A stretch of DNA of 24,000 nt from Halalkalicoccus paucihalophilus (GCF_001593955.1 NZ_LTAZ01000005.1:1-24000); one strand, 5' to 3'. Shown: positions 8,008-15,115, counted from the first letter of the stretch. Numbers and translations are program-made. Notes: generated by a model not told the origin, from the letters alone.

Positions 8008-8490
8008 TTAGTTCTGAGATTGGGGAGAGTCGAGACTATCGAGGAGCTCGGCAATCGAATCCGCCGGAGAGAGGTCGTACCGATCGAGCACGGTTTCGAC
8101 GGTCGGGCGTGGGCCGATCGCGAGATCCGATTCGGCGACGAGGATCTAGAGGACCCGAGCCGGATCGAGGTCGTCGTCGACCCGTGTCGCATACCACCGA
8201 AGGAGGTCCGAGAAGACCACGACGACGTCGTTTGACTGGATCCGGTAGTTCGAGACGTGGCCGTCGATACGCGCCTCGATATCGATGTCGTAACTCGCCG
8301 CTGTCGGATCAGGTGAGGGATCGTTGTCGGTCCCCGCCGAACGGCGTGACTGCGTCTCGGGCGGGCTAGCGTCCGTCGAGACGACGTAGCGTCCCGACTC
8401 GATCTCTGCGGCGTACTCGCTGTTCGTGATGTCGAGATCCGACGGCGATAGGACACCCTCGTCCTGTGGATCCGGTTGTTCCCCCGGCAT
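8008..8490 (-). pseudogene. small acidic protein of unknown function (orfX) interrupted by an in-frame TAG
   Basis: ATG 8490 opens 114 codons (MPGEQPDPQDEGVLSPSDLD...RWYATRVDDDLDPARVL). TAG follows at 8146-8148. Then 45 further in-frame, GC3-rich, acidic codons follow (ILVAESDLAIGPRPTVETVLDRYDLSPADSIAELLDSLDSPQSQN), ending at TAA 8008-8010. It sits inside the arl operon between arlG and arlCE. Confidence 0.6.
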
Positions 8491-8521
8491 GCGGGGACTA
8501 TTGTCAGGAAGAAATAAATAC

Positions 8522-9000
8522 CTATTGGCCGGAAGGTTCGTGGTAGAAGTCGAACGTCGCTCGGGTGCCGTGGGCGATAACTGTCACCCTGTGGTCGCCG
8601 GCACCGAGTTCATTGTCGAGGGTAACGGTCACCTCCGCGACCGCTCCCGGGGACCAGCGCGTCCCCCCCCCGAGACGACGGCGGTCTCCGTCTCGGTCTG
8701 GTAGTTCCCGTCGAGTAACACGTCCAGATCCGAGCCGTCGGTGGCGAGCGTGTTTCGGCCAGTGTTTTTCACGAGCAGCGTGATCGTGGTGTCGTTCCCA
8801 CTGTCGTTGTAGATCGCCCCGCTCGCCGGATCGCTGATCACGACGAGATCGGTGTCGACTTGCCGGGTCAGCTCCTGGCTCTGTTTGTCGACGGAGCTAC
8901 TCACCTGTTCGACGCCCGTGATCAGCGTCCCGGCGACGCTCGCCGCGACGAGCAGGCTCGCGACGAAGATGATAAGATGGGAGATCGAGACCGATCCCAT
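8522..9000 (-). pseudogene. arlG: archaellum protein ArlG/FlaG, frameshifted at a C9/G9 homopolymer
   Basis: ATG 9000 directly follows the arlF stop. The N-terminus is archaellin-like and hydrophobic (MGSVSISHLIIFVASLLVAASVAGTLITG). After the G9 run the annotated frame gives RAGPRERSRR*. The neighbouring frame instead gives TRWSPGAVAEVTVTLDNELGAGDHRVTVIAHGTRATFDFYHEPSGQ*, with stop TAG at 8522-8524. Confidence 0.8.
8663..8671. repeat. C9 (G9 on the coding strand) homopolymeric tract inside arlG
   Basis: Counted directly: g8661 t8662 then c8663-c8671 then g8672. It coincides exactly with the arlG frame change. Confidence 0.95.
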
Positions 9001-9444
9001 CTATGATTCCTCCGTGAGCGTGGCCGATCCGACGACGCCGTTTTGGGTGATTATTTTCACTCTGTCTCCGTTCGATTCGATTTCGTATTCGAGTCGGTCG
9101 CCCGGGATCCAGAGGTTCGTCCCCTCCCGTAACTCGTCGTTCGTCCCGGTTCGTATCGTCGGGGTTTCGTTTCTGTACTCGCCGTCGACGAGTAGATCCG
9201 TGCGGTCGATCGCCAACGTGGTCGAATCGGTGTTCGTGACGGTGACGGTGACCGTCTCGTTGTCCCGTTGGACGTCGTTGATCTCGATGGCCGTGTTCTG
9301 TTGATCGAGCAGGTGATCAGCGCGCTCGTCCTGTGCGGTCGTGATCCGGTCGAAGCTGTCGGTCGCGACCGTGAAAGCCGCACTGAACGCTATCAGACAG
9401 CCGATGAGGATGACCACCGTGGATCCGCTGACGCTGAAGCCCAT
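9001..9444 (-). CDS. arlF: archaellum protein ArlF/FlaF
   Basis: I moved the start to ATG 9444, giving the hallmark N-terminus MGFSVSGSTVVILIGCLIAF. A beta-rich domain follows (VTVTVTNTDSTTLAIDRTDLLVDGEY). Stop TAG 9001-9003 abuts the arlG ATG. Confidence 0.85.
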   Translation of the reverse strand: MGFSVSGSTVVILIGCLIAFSAAFTVATDSFDRITTAQDERADHLLDQQNTAIEINDVQRDNETVTVTVTNTDSTTLAIDRTDLLVDGEYRNETPTIRTGTNDELREGTNLWIPGDRLEYEIESNGDRVKIITQNGVVGSATLTEES

Positions 9445-9528
9445 TTGAGTGTGTGTTCCGTGTACTGAAAGCCGACACCGCATCGCACCGCCGACCGGTC
9501 GACAGGTTGGTTAGTGAGCGATACCCGA

Positions 9529-10350
9529 TTACAGCGCGACGACGTTCCCGGCACTCGTGAGCGAGTCGGGGACCTGAACCGTCACGGTGTGCTGTGCGCC
9601 CGATGCCGTCGTGATCGTCAGCTCGACGTCGTCGCCGGCACCGAGTGCAGCGATGTTGAACTTGTTACCACCCAACGCGGTGTGGTCAAGCGTGATCCGA
9701 TAGCGGTCGCTGTTGTCGGTCATGACGTTATCGCCGCCGCTCTCGGAGGAGATGGCGCTGATCGTGTAGCCGGTATCGCCATCCGGTCCGGCGGTGTCGG
9801 TAATGGTCGCACCATCAGTAGCCACAGTAGCAGTTGTCGAACTGTCTGCCACAGTAACATCGACATCACCGTCCGTACTAGTGGCCACATATTCACCGTT
9901 GGACAGCTCGAAGGTCGCCACGCCATTCTCGTCCGTTGTAGCGGTGACACCGATCGGATCGACGGTGACCTCCGTACCGGCAGTGCTACCGGATGTAATC
10001 TCGACAGTGTACGTCTCGGCGGCACCGATGTTCTCGGCACCACTGGGGCCGAGATACTGGATGTCTAGTTCAGTGAGGTCGATATCGCCCGCACCGGGCG
10101 CTCGCTGGACGGTCAGCGAGGTCTTTTCGACCTGATCGTTGTTGACCGAACCGACTTCGCTGAGCACCTGCAAGTTGTCCGAGACCTGTTGGGTGCTCTC
10201 GATACCCGTATCCTCTGCTTGCGTCTGGAGGAAGCCGGCCGTGTTGATCAGCACGCCCGCTGCAATGGCTGCAACGAGGACCATCGCGATGAACACGATG
10301 AGGGTGCCGATACCGACCTGACCCCTGTCTTCTGTCTGTGTTTCGAACAT
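9529..10350 (-). CDS. arlA: archaellin (major archaellum filament protein), single copy, 273 aa
   Basis: Class III signal peptide plus conserved hydrophobic N-terminus [49 protein letters not shown]. Conserved C-terminal block DRYRITLDH...[25 protein letters not shown]. It is the first gene of the operon and sits behind an AT-rich promoter. Confidence 0.92.
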   Translation of the reverse strand: MFETQTEDRGQVGIGTLIVFIAMVLVAAIAAGVLINTAGFLQTQAEDTGIESTQQVSDNLQVLSEVGSVNNDQVEKTSLTVQRAPGAGDIDLTELDIQYLGPSGAENIGAAETYTVEITSGSTAGTEVTVDPIGVTATTDENGVATFELSNGEYVATSTDGDVDVTVADSSTTATVATDGATITDTAGPDGDTGYTISAISSESGGDNVMTDNSDRYRITLDHTALGGNKFNIAALGAGDDVELTITTASGAQHTVTVQVPDSLTSAGNVVAL

Positions 10351-10385
10351 TGTTGTGTTGGTGGTTCTGCCACGCTGGCGAACCG

Positions 10386-10430
10386 TATAACATATCGTAT
10401 TATTTATATTTATAAAATTATCTTTTTAGT
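10386..10430 (-). promoter_or_regulatory. AT-rich putative TATA/BRE region of the archaellin (arl operon) promoter
   Basis: This is the lowest-GC stretch in the window. The minus strand reads ACTAAAAAGATAATTTTATAAATATAAATAATACGATATG, about 40-80 nt upstream of ATG 10350. The exact TATA box and TSS cannot be fixed from sequence. Confidence 0.5.
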
Positions 10431-10551
10431 CATCAAATATGATGACCGTACCACCGATATTCTCTCTACCCGAACTAACAGTAGTGAGACGGCCGAGAAA
10501 CATCGAACCACTGTGAACACGTGGGGATTTTGAGGGGTACTAATCGCGTGA

Positions 10552-10570
10552 TACGATATCTCCTATCGTA
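10552..10570. promoter_or_regulatory. perfect inverted repeat TACGATA-N5-TATCGTA in the arlA/regulator divergent spacer
   Basis: tacgata (10552-10558), tctcc, tatcgta (10564-10570). A third copy of TATCGTA lies at 10393-10399, next to the archaellin TATA-like region. Confidence 0.45.
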
Positions 10571-10642
10571 GTCCGTGACCCGAAGTAGAGAATCATCAAC
10601 ACGGATCGGTCATATAGCCGTTCGCCGAACAGCGGTTCCCTG

Positions 10643-10690
10643 ATCAGTCGCCATCTTTATTATTATTCTATTTCTCATAATATTCAATAA
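10643..10690 (+). promoter_or_regulatory. AT-rich promoter of the winged-helix regulator gene (probably a leaderless transcript)
   Basis: TTTATTATTATT at 10656-10667 is centred about 30 nt upstream of ATG 10691. This spacing is typical for a haloarchaeal TATA box on a leaderless mRNA. Confidence 0.4.
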
Positions 10691-11029
10691 ATGTCCCCCG
10701 AATCGGTCCTCCTCGTCCTCGGCAACGAGTACAACGCGGCGATCCTCGGCGCCACAGATGAGGCCCGCTCCGCACAGGCGCTCAGCGACGAACTCGACAT
10801 CCCGATCGCGACCTGCTATCGACGGATCGAGGAGTTAGAGGAGGCAAACCTCCTCGAACTCGAAGGGCGGGTTCTTTCCGATGACCGTCGCCGGGTGAGC
10901 GTCTACCGACGTGCTGTCGACCGGGTCGTCGTGGACTTCGAGAACGGGGACTATGAGGTGACGGTCGACGACCGCGGTGACGTGACGAACACACTGGACG
11001 AGGTCTGGCGGTCGCTTTCGAGTCCCTGA
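10691..11029 (+). CDS. winged helix-turn-helix transcription regulator (ArsR/TrmB-like), divergent from the arl operon
   Basis: 112 aa. HTH segment SAQALSDELDIPIATCYRRIEELEEANLLE, followed by a wing (RRRVSVYRR) and an acidic C-terminal domain. Confidence 0.7.
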   Translation: MSPESVLLVLGNEYNAAILGATDEARSAQALSDELDIPIATCYRRIEELEEANLLELEGRVLSDDRRRVSVYRRAVDRVVVDFENGDYEVTVDDRGDVTNTLDEVWRSLSSP

Positions 11030-11053
11030 TCGCCCACCAGTGGACCCCCTCGA

Positions 11054-12289
11054 TTACGGGTTGGAATCAATCGCCCGAGCCACGGCGCTCAATACCGCAC
11101 TCCCGGCGACGACGGCTCCCTGCTCACGAAGCGAGCGATAGACGGCCGCCGCGTCCCCGCCCGCGTAGTTTCGCTCCTCGAAGGGGCGGTCCTCGACGAC
11201 GACCAGCGCGTCGCTTTCGGCGGCACACTCGAGGTTCGCGAGGTTGCCCGAGCCGACTTCGATATCCCCCGCTACGGTTACGTCGGCCGCGAGGACCCGT
11301 TCCGTGATTCGCTGTCGCGTTTCGGCGTCGATCGGCGCGAACGGTTCGACGGTGACGGTATCGAGGCCGAGCAGCCGAGCGGTTTCGAGGTCCGAATCGC
11401 CGGTCCCGAGCGCGCCGACCGACACCTCGTATCCCGCTGCCGAGAGCACGTAGAGGACTCGGGAAACGGTCCCACCCCCACCGATGACGTGGACCCGCCC
11501 CTCGCGGTCGCCGCCGCGTTCGGGAAGGGCGGTGACGTAGACCGCCCCCGTCACGGGGTGGCGGCTGACGACCGCCCGGGTGTCGAACGCCCTTCCGAGG
11601 TTCGACTCGGTGAGCACACGTTCTGGAGCGCCGCTGTCGAGAATTCGGCCCCCCGAGAGCAAGAGGAGGTCGTCACAGTAATGGGCCGCGAGGTTCAGGT
11701 CGTGGATCGCCGCGATCACGGTCTTTCCCTCGTCGACGAGGTCGGCCACGAGTTCGAGCGTCCGGATCTGGTGGTTGATGTCGAGGCTCGCGGTCGGTTC
11801 GTCGAGCAGCAGTATGGGGGTGTCCTGTGCGAGCGCCCGCGCGAGGACGACTCGCTGGCGCTCGCCGCCGCTTACGGCACCGATCGATCGATCCGCGAAC
11901 ACCTCCGTTTCGGTACGGGAGAGCGCCCGCTCGACGGCTTCCTCGCCCGCTTCGTCCGCGTTCGATCGGAATCGGGACCGATAGGGGGTTCTACCCATCG
12001 CGACCACCTCGCGAACGTCGAAGTCAAAGGAGAGGCTCGTGTCCTGGGGGACGGTCGCGACCCGCCTGCTCGCCGCACGCGAGGACAGATCACGAACCGA
12101 CTCGCCGTCGAGCAGCACGGTTCCGGCGTCGGGTTTCAACACCGCGCCGACGGTACGCAACAGGGTGGATTTCCCGGCGCCGTTCGGACCGACCAGCCCG
12201 ACGAACCGCCCCTCGTCGACGTGGGCGCTCACCGCGTCGAGGACGGCCATGCCGCCCAGTCGAACGTCCACGTCTCGGATGTCGATCAC
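11054..12289 (-). CDS. btuD: ABC transporter ATPase of the FecE/BtuD class with a C-terminal extension of about 150 aa
   Basis: Start set at GTG 12289, which overlaps the permease stop as GTGA. Walker A GPNGAGKST, signature VSGGERQRV, Walker B ILLLDEPTASLD, H-loop AAIHDLN. An extra domain follows (RVHVIGGGGTVSRVLYVLSAAGYEVSVGALGTGDSDLETARLLG...). The first ~350 aa of the listed 763-aa ORF are an Arg/Gly/Pro-rich alternative frame of the permease. Cobalamin specificity is inferred only from resemblance to the Halobacterium BtuCDF system. Confidence 0.8.
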   Translation of the reverse strand: MIDIRDVDVRLGGMAVLDAVSAHVDEGRFVGLVGPNGAGKSTLLRTVGAVLKPDAGTVLLDGESVRDLSSRAASRRVATVPQDTSLSFDFDVREVVAMGRTPYRSRFRSNADEAGEEAVERALSRTETEVFADRSIGAVSGGERQRVVLARALAQDTPILLLDEPTASLDINHQIRTLELVADLVDEGKTVIAAIHDLNLAAHYCDDLLLLSGGRILDSGAPERVLTESNLGRAFDTRAVVSRHPVTGAVYVTALPERGGDREGRVHVIGGGGTVSRVLYVLSAAGYEVSVGALGTGDSDLETARLLGLDTVTVEPFAPIDAETRQRITERVLAADVTVAGDIEVGSGNLANLECAAESDALVVVEDRPFEERNYAGGDAAAVYRSLREQGAVVAGSAVLSAVARAIDSNP

Positions 12290-13371
12290 AGCGCGTGCAC
12301 CTCCCGCGTGCGAAGCAGGTAGAGGAAAAAGGGGGCACCGAGGGCAGCAGTCACAATACCGACCGGTACCTCGGCGGGCCCCGCTCGCGCCACGGTGTCG
12401 GTCGCGACCAGAAACATCGCACCCGCGAGCGCCGAGGTCGGCAGCAGGATCCGGTGATCGGGGCCGACGAGAAGTCGCATCATGTGGGGGACGATCAGCC
12501 CGACGAAGCCGATCACACCCGAGACCGCGACCCCGGCGGCGGTGATGACGCTCGCGGCCGCGAGCAGCAGGCGTTTGGTTCGTTCGACCTCGATCCCTAA
12601 ACTCTGGGCGTCCTCCTCGCCGAGTAAGAGAACGTTGAGGTCGCTCGCGTAGAACACGAGCAGGGCGAAGATGGGGATCACCACCGGCAACGAGAGTCGC
12701 ACGTCCGTCCACGTACTCGCGTGGAGGTGACCCATCAGCCAGTAGACGACCTGCTCTAAACTCTCGCCGGCGCTCAACTGGAGATACGAGATCATCGCGC
12801 CCAGAAAGGTCTGGATGGCGACGCCGGCTAAGAGAAGGGTCGCGACCGGAGTTCGCCCGCCCTCGCTCGCGATCAGGTAGACCGCGAAGGCGGTGACGAT
12901 CGCACAAACGAAGGCCATCGGGCGAAGCCCGACCGACAGGGGAAGCACGATCGAGGCGACCGCGCCGAGTGCGGCCCCCGAGGAAACGCCGATGATCGAG
13001 GGGTCGGCCATCGGGTTCCTGAAAAAGCCCTGCATCACGGTGCCGGCCGCGGCGAGCGCGAACCCGACCGTCGCCGCGAGGATCACTCTGGGCAGGCGGA
13101 TCCGCATGACGATCGTCTCGTGGGTTTCCGGCACCCGAAAGTCGAAGACTGCTACCCACTCGATTCGGGGGAGCGGGATCGAGAACGGGCCAACCCCTGT
13201 AGAAATCGCCGGGCTGATCCCGACCGGGAGCGCCACCGCGTTCAGCAGTACCTTCGCCACCACGACGGGATCGACCCGAACGGGACCGAGCGCCGCGCTG
13301 AGGAGGACCACACAGACGAGGAGACAACAGAGCCCCACGGACCACACCCCCGTTTCGAGACGCCGATTCAC
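12286..13371 (-). CDS. btuC: FecCD/BtuC-family ABC permease
   Basis: About 9-10 TM helices with typical blocks (GPVRVDP..., LLLGEEDAQSLGIEVERTKRLLL, MRLLVGPDHRILLPTSALAGAMFLVATDTVAR). The best start guess is GTG 13371, about 30 nt downstream of the AT-rich palindrome. The listed ORF extends further, through the promoter and the btuF start. Confidence 0.8.
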   Translation of the reverse strand: MNRRLETGVWSVGLCCLLVCVVLLSAALGPVRVDPVVVAKVLLNAVALPVGISPAISTGVGPFSIPLPRIEWVAVFDFRVPETHETIVMRIRLPRVILAATVGFALAAAGTVMQGFFRNPMADPSIIGVSSGAALGAVASIVLPLSVGLRPMAFVCAIVTAFAVYLIASEGGRTPVATLLLAGVAIQTFLGAMISYLQLSAGESLEQVVYWLMGHLHASTWTDVRLSLPVVIPIFALLVFYASDLNVLLLGEEDAQSLGIEVERTKRLLLAAASVITAAGVAVSGVIGFVGLIVPHMMRLLVGPDHRILLPTSALAGAMFLVATDTVARAGPAEVPVGIVTAALGAPFFLYLLRTREVHAL

Positions 13372-13400
13372 GATAGCAACTGGATTTGCTTTAGGTAAAT

Positions 13401-13415
13401 ACTTATTGAATAAGT
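13401..13415. promoter_or_regulatory. 15-bp perfect palindrome ACTTATT-G-AATAAGT in the btuC/btuF divergent promoter
   Basis: Read directly. It lies in the only AT-rich stretch between GTG 13371 (minus strand) and ATG 13430 (plus strand). That places it about 15-30 nt from both starts, where TATA boxes of leaderless genes would sit. Confidence 0.5.
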
Positions 13416-13429
13416 GCGCAGTCGGTCGC

Positions 13430-14509
13430 ATGCGAAACGTGTTTTCCGTCGCCGTGGCGCTGTTGGTGCTCACGTCAACGTTGGGGATGGGTGCAGTCGG
13501 CACGCACGGCGGCGTCGCGGCCGCACAGCCCGCGTGTGAGTTCCCGGTCAGCGTCACGGACGCGACGGGCAAGGAGATCACCGTCGAGGAGGAACCGGAG
13601 CGGATCGTCGCGATGCAGCCAAGCGACGCCCAGATCCTCTGGGAGATCGGTGCCCGGGAGAAGGTCGTCGGGATGCCGGTCGGACAGTACACCGACTATC
13701 TGGAGGGCCACGACGAGCCGGCGGACATCACCGCCGACGACGGGATCACCGTCAGCACCGAGCGCGTGATCGACCTCGAACCCGATCTGGTGTTGGCCTC
13801 GGCCGTCGCCGAGGAAGAACAGGTCCAACAGCTCCGAGAAGCCGGTCTGACCGTCTATCAGGTCGGGAGCGCCACCTCGATCGAGGACGTAACCGAGAAC
13901 ACCGAGACGGTCGGTCGGCTCACCGGCGAGTGTGCGGGCGCGGCCGAGACCGTCGACTGGATGAACGAGGAACTCGCGACGACCGAGACGGCCGTCGAGG
14001 GCGAGGACTCGCCCACCGTGCTGTACGCGATGGGTGACGGCTTTACCGCCGGGCAGGGTACCTTCATCGAGGACGTGATCCGGACGGCGGGCGGCGAGAA
14101 CCTCGGTTCGAGCGCGGGCGTCGAGTTCTACGGCCAGATCAACGAGGAGGTCGTGATCGCGGAGGACCCCGACTGGATCGTCTACCCCGACACCTTCGAG
14201 GAGCCGCCCGTGAGCGAGCAGGTGATCGAGAGCACGACCGCCGGACAGGAAGGCCAGATCGTACAGGTCGACGCCGACCGACTGAACCAGCCCGGCCCAC
14301 AGGTGATCTACGCGATCCAGAACCTCGCCGAGACGTTCCACCCCGACGCGTACGCGGCCGCTCAGGGCGACGCACCAGCACAGGAAGACGAGGGTGACGA
14401 CCAGCCGGCCGATGCCACCGACGCCGGCGAAGACCAACCCGGCTTCGGTATCGTCGCCGCGCTGGCTGCCATCGTCGCCGCCGGCCTCCTCTTCTTCCGG
14501 CGGCGATAG
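13430..14509 (+). CDS. btuF: ABC substrate-binding protein (BtuF/FhuD-type class III SBP) with a PGF-CTERM anchor
   Basis: Signal peptide MRNVFSVAVALLVLTSTLGMGAVG. SBP core PERIVAMQPSDAQILWEIGAREKVVGM...DLEPDLVLAS. An acidic linker follows, then PGFGIVAALAAIVAAGLLFFRRR* (14438-14509). Confidence 0.8.
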   Translation: MRNVFSVAVALLVLTSTLGMGAVGTHGGVAAAQPACEFPVSVTDATGKEITVEEEPERIVAMQPSDAQILWEIGAREKVVGMPVGQYTDYLEGHDEPADITADDGITVSTERVIDLEPDLVLASAVAEEEQVQQLREAGLTVYQVGSATSIEDVTENTETVGRLTGECAGAAETVDWMNEELATTETAVEGEDSPTVLYAMGDGFTAGQGTFIEDVIRTAGGENLGSSAGVEFYGQINEEVVIAEDPDWIVYPDTFEEPPVSEQVIESTTAGQEGQIVQVDADRLNQPGPQVIYAIQNLAETFHPDAYAAAQGDAPAQEDEGDDQPADATDAGEDQPGFGIVAALAAIVAAGLLFFRRR

Positions 14510-14548
14510 GTCGCAAGGCGTTTTACCTCCCGGGAAGCGAGAGGTGGT

Positions 14549-14827
14549 ATGGTCGAAAACGTGATCTGGCCCGCCTATCTCGACGCGGAGGTGTCCCGTT
14601 CGAAGGGACGCCGGGTCCCACGGGACCTCGCGGTTCCCGAACCGACGGTCGACGAGATCGCCGCCGCCGCCGGGCAGGTGGGCTACGACGCCGTCATCGA
14701 GCGCGATCGGACCTATCCCCGCGAGTACGAGCCGCGTGGGCGGGTCCTGATCAAGGACGCCGACGACGCCTCGAAGAACGACCTCGTGCAGGCGCTCGCC
14801 GCCTACGTAACGGCCCTGCGGGAATGA
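14549..14827 (+). CDS. srp19: signal recognition particle protein SRP19
   Basis: 92 aa with the N-terminal [20 protein letters not shown] motif characteristic of archaeal SRP19. An SD-like GAGAGGTGGT lies upstream. Confidence 0.85.
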   Translation: MVENVIWPAYLDAEVSRSKGRRVPRDLAVPEPTVDEIAAAAGQVGYDAVIERDRTYPREYEPRGRVLIKDADDASKNDLVQALAAYVTALRE

Positions 14828-14831
14828 GCCA

Positions 14832-15059
14832 ATGAAACGCGTCGGCGAGGTCGTCAGGACGGCACAGGGATTGGCGATCGTCCGGTGTCCCGAGGGGAGT
14901 ACGCCGGAGATCGGCACCGTCGTGATCGATGAGGACCTCTCGGAAGTCGGCCGGGTCGTCGACGTCTTCGGGCCCGTTTCCAGACCGTACGTCGCGGTCA
15001 CGCCCGACGATCGGGCGACGCTGCCGAAACTGCTTGGCGGGAAGCTCTACGCCCGGTAA
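14832..15059 (+). CDS. gar1: H/ACA ribonucleoprotein component Gar1
   Basis: 75 aa: GEVVRTAQGLAIVRC...IGTVVIDEDLSEVGRVVDVFGPVSRPYVAV, the archaeal Gar1 pattern. It follows srp19 after 4 nt. Confidence 0.8.
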   Translation: MKRVGEVVRTAQGLAIVRCPEGSTPEIGTVVIDEDLSEVGRVVDVFGPVSRPYVAVTPDDRATLPKLLGGKLYAR

Positions 15060-15115
15060 CTCCCGGCAGAGCGACGAACGGAAACCCCAAAGGTCCGCGC
15101 GCGAAACCGGGAGGT

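Noticed and set aside
8146-8148. TAG in orfX as a pyrrolysine or other programmed recoding codon.
   Set aside because: Pyrrolysine decoding is known from methanogens and a few bacteria, not haloarchaea. No pyl genes or PYLIS-like context are visible here. A nonsense mutation or sequencing error is more parsimonious.
9492-9501. 10-bp palindrome CGACCGGTCG between the archaellin stop and the arlF start, considered as an intra-operon attenuator.
   Set aside because: It is too short, has no loop and has no adjacent oligo-T run. I cannot support it as a terminator from sequence alone.
12290-13345. N-terminal ~350 aa of the listed 763-aa ORF, which would make a giant ABC protein.
   Set aside because: This part is an Arg/Gly/Pro-rich alternative frame of the permease gene. 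The ABC cassette starts right after GTG 12289, which overlaps the permease stop (GTGA).
13372-13692. Upstream extension of the permease ORF (468 aa version), including ATG 13431.
   Set aside because: The extension runs through the AT-rich promoter and is antisense to the btuF signal peptide. The hydrophobic permease core begins just after GTG 13371.
13475-15001. 508-aa minus-strand ORF spanning btuF, srp19 and gar1.
   Set aside because: It is antisense to three well-supported genes and their intergenic regions. It has Arg/Gly/Asp-rich composition and no motifs.
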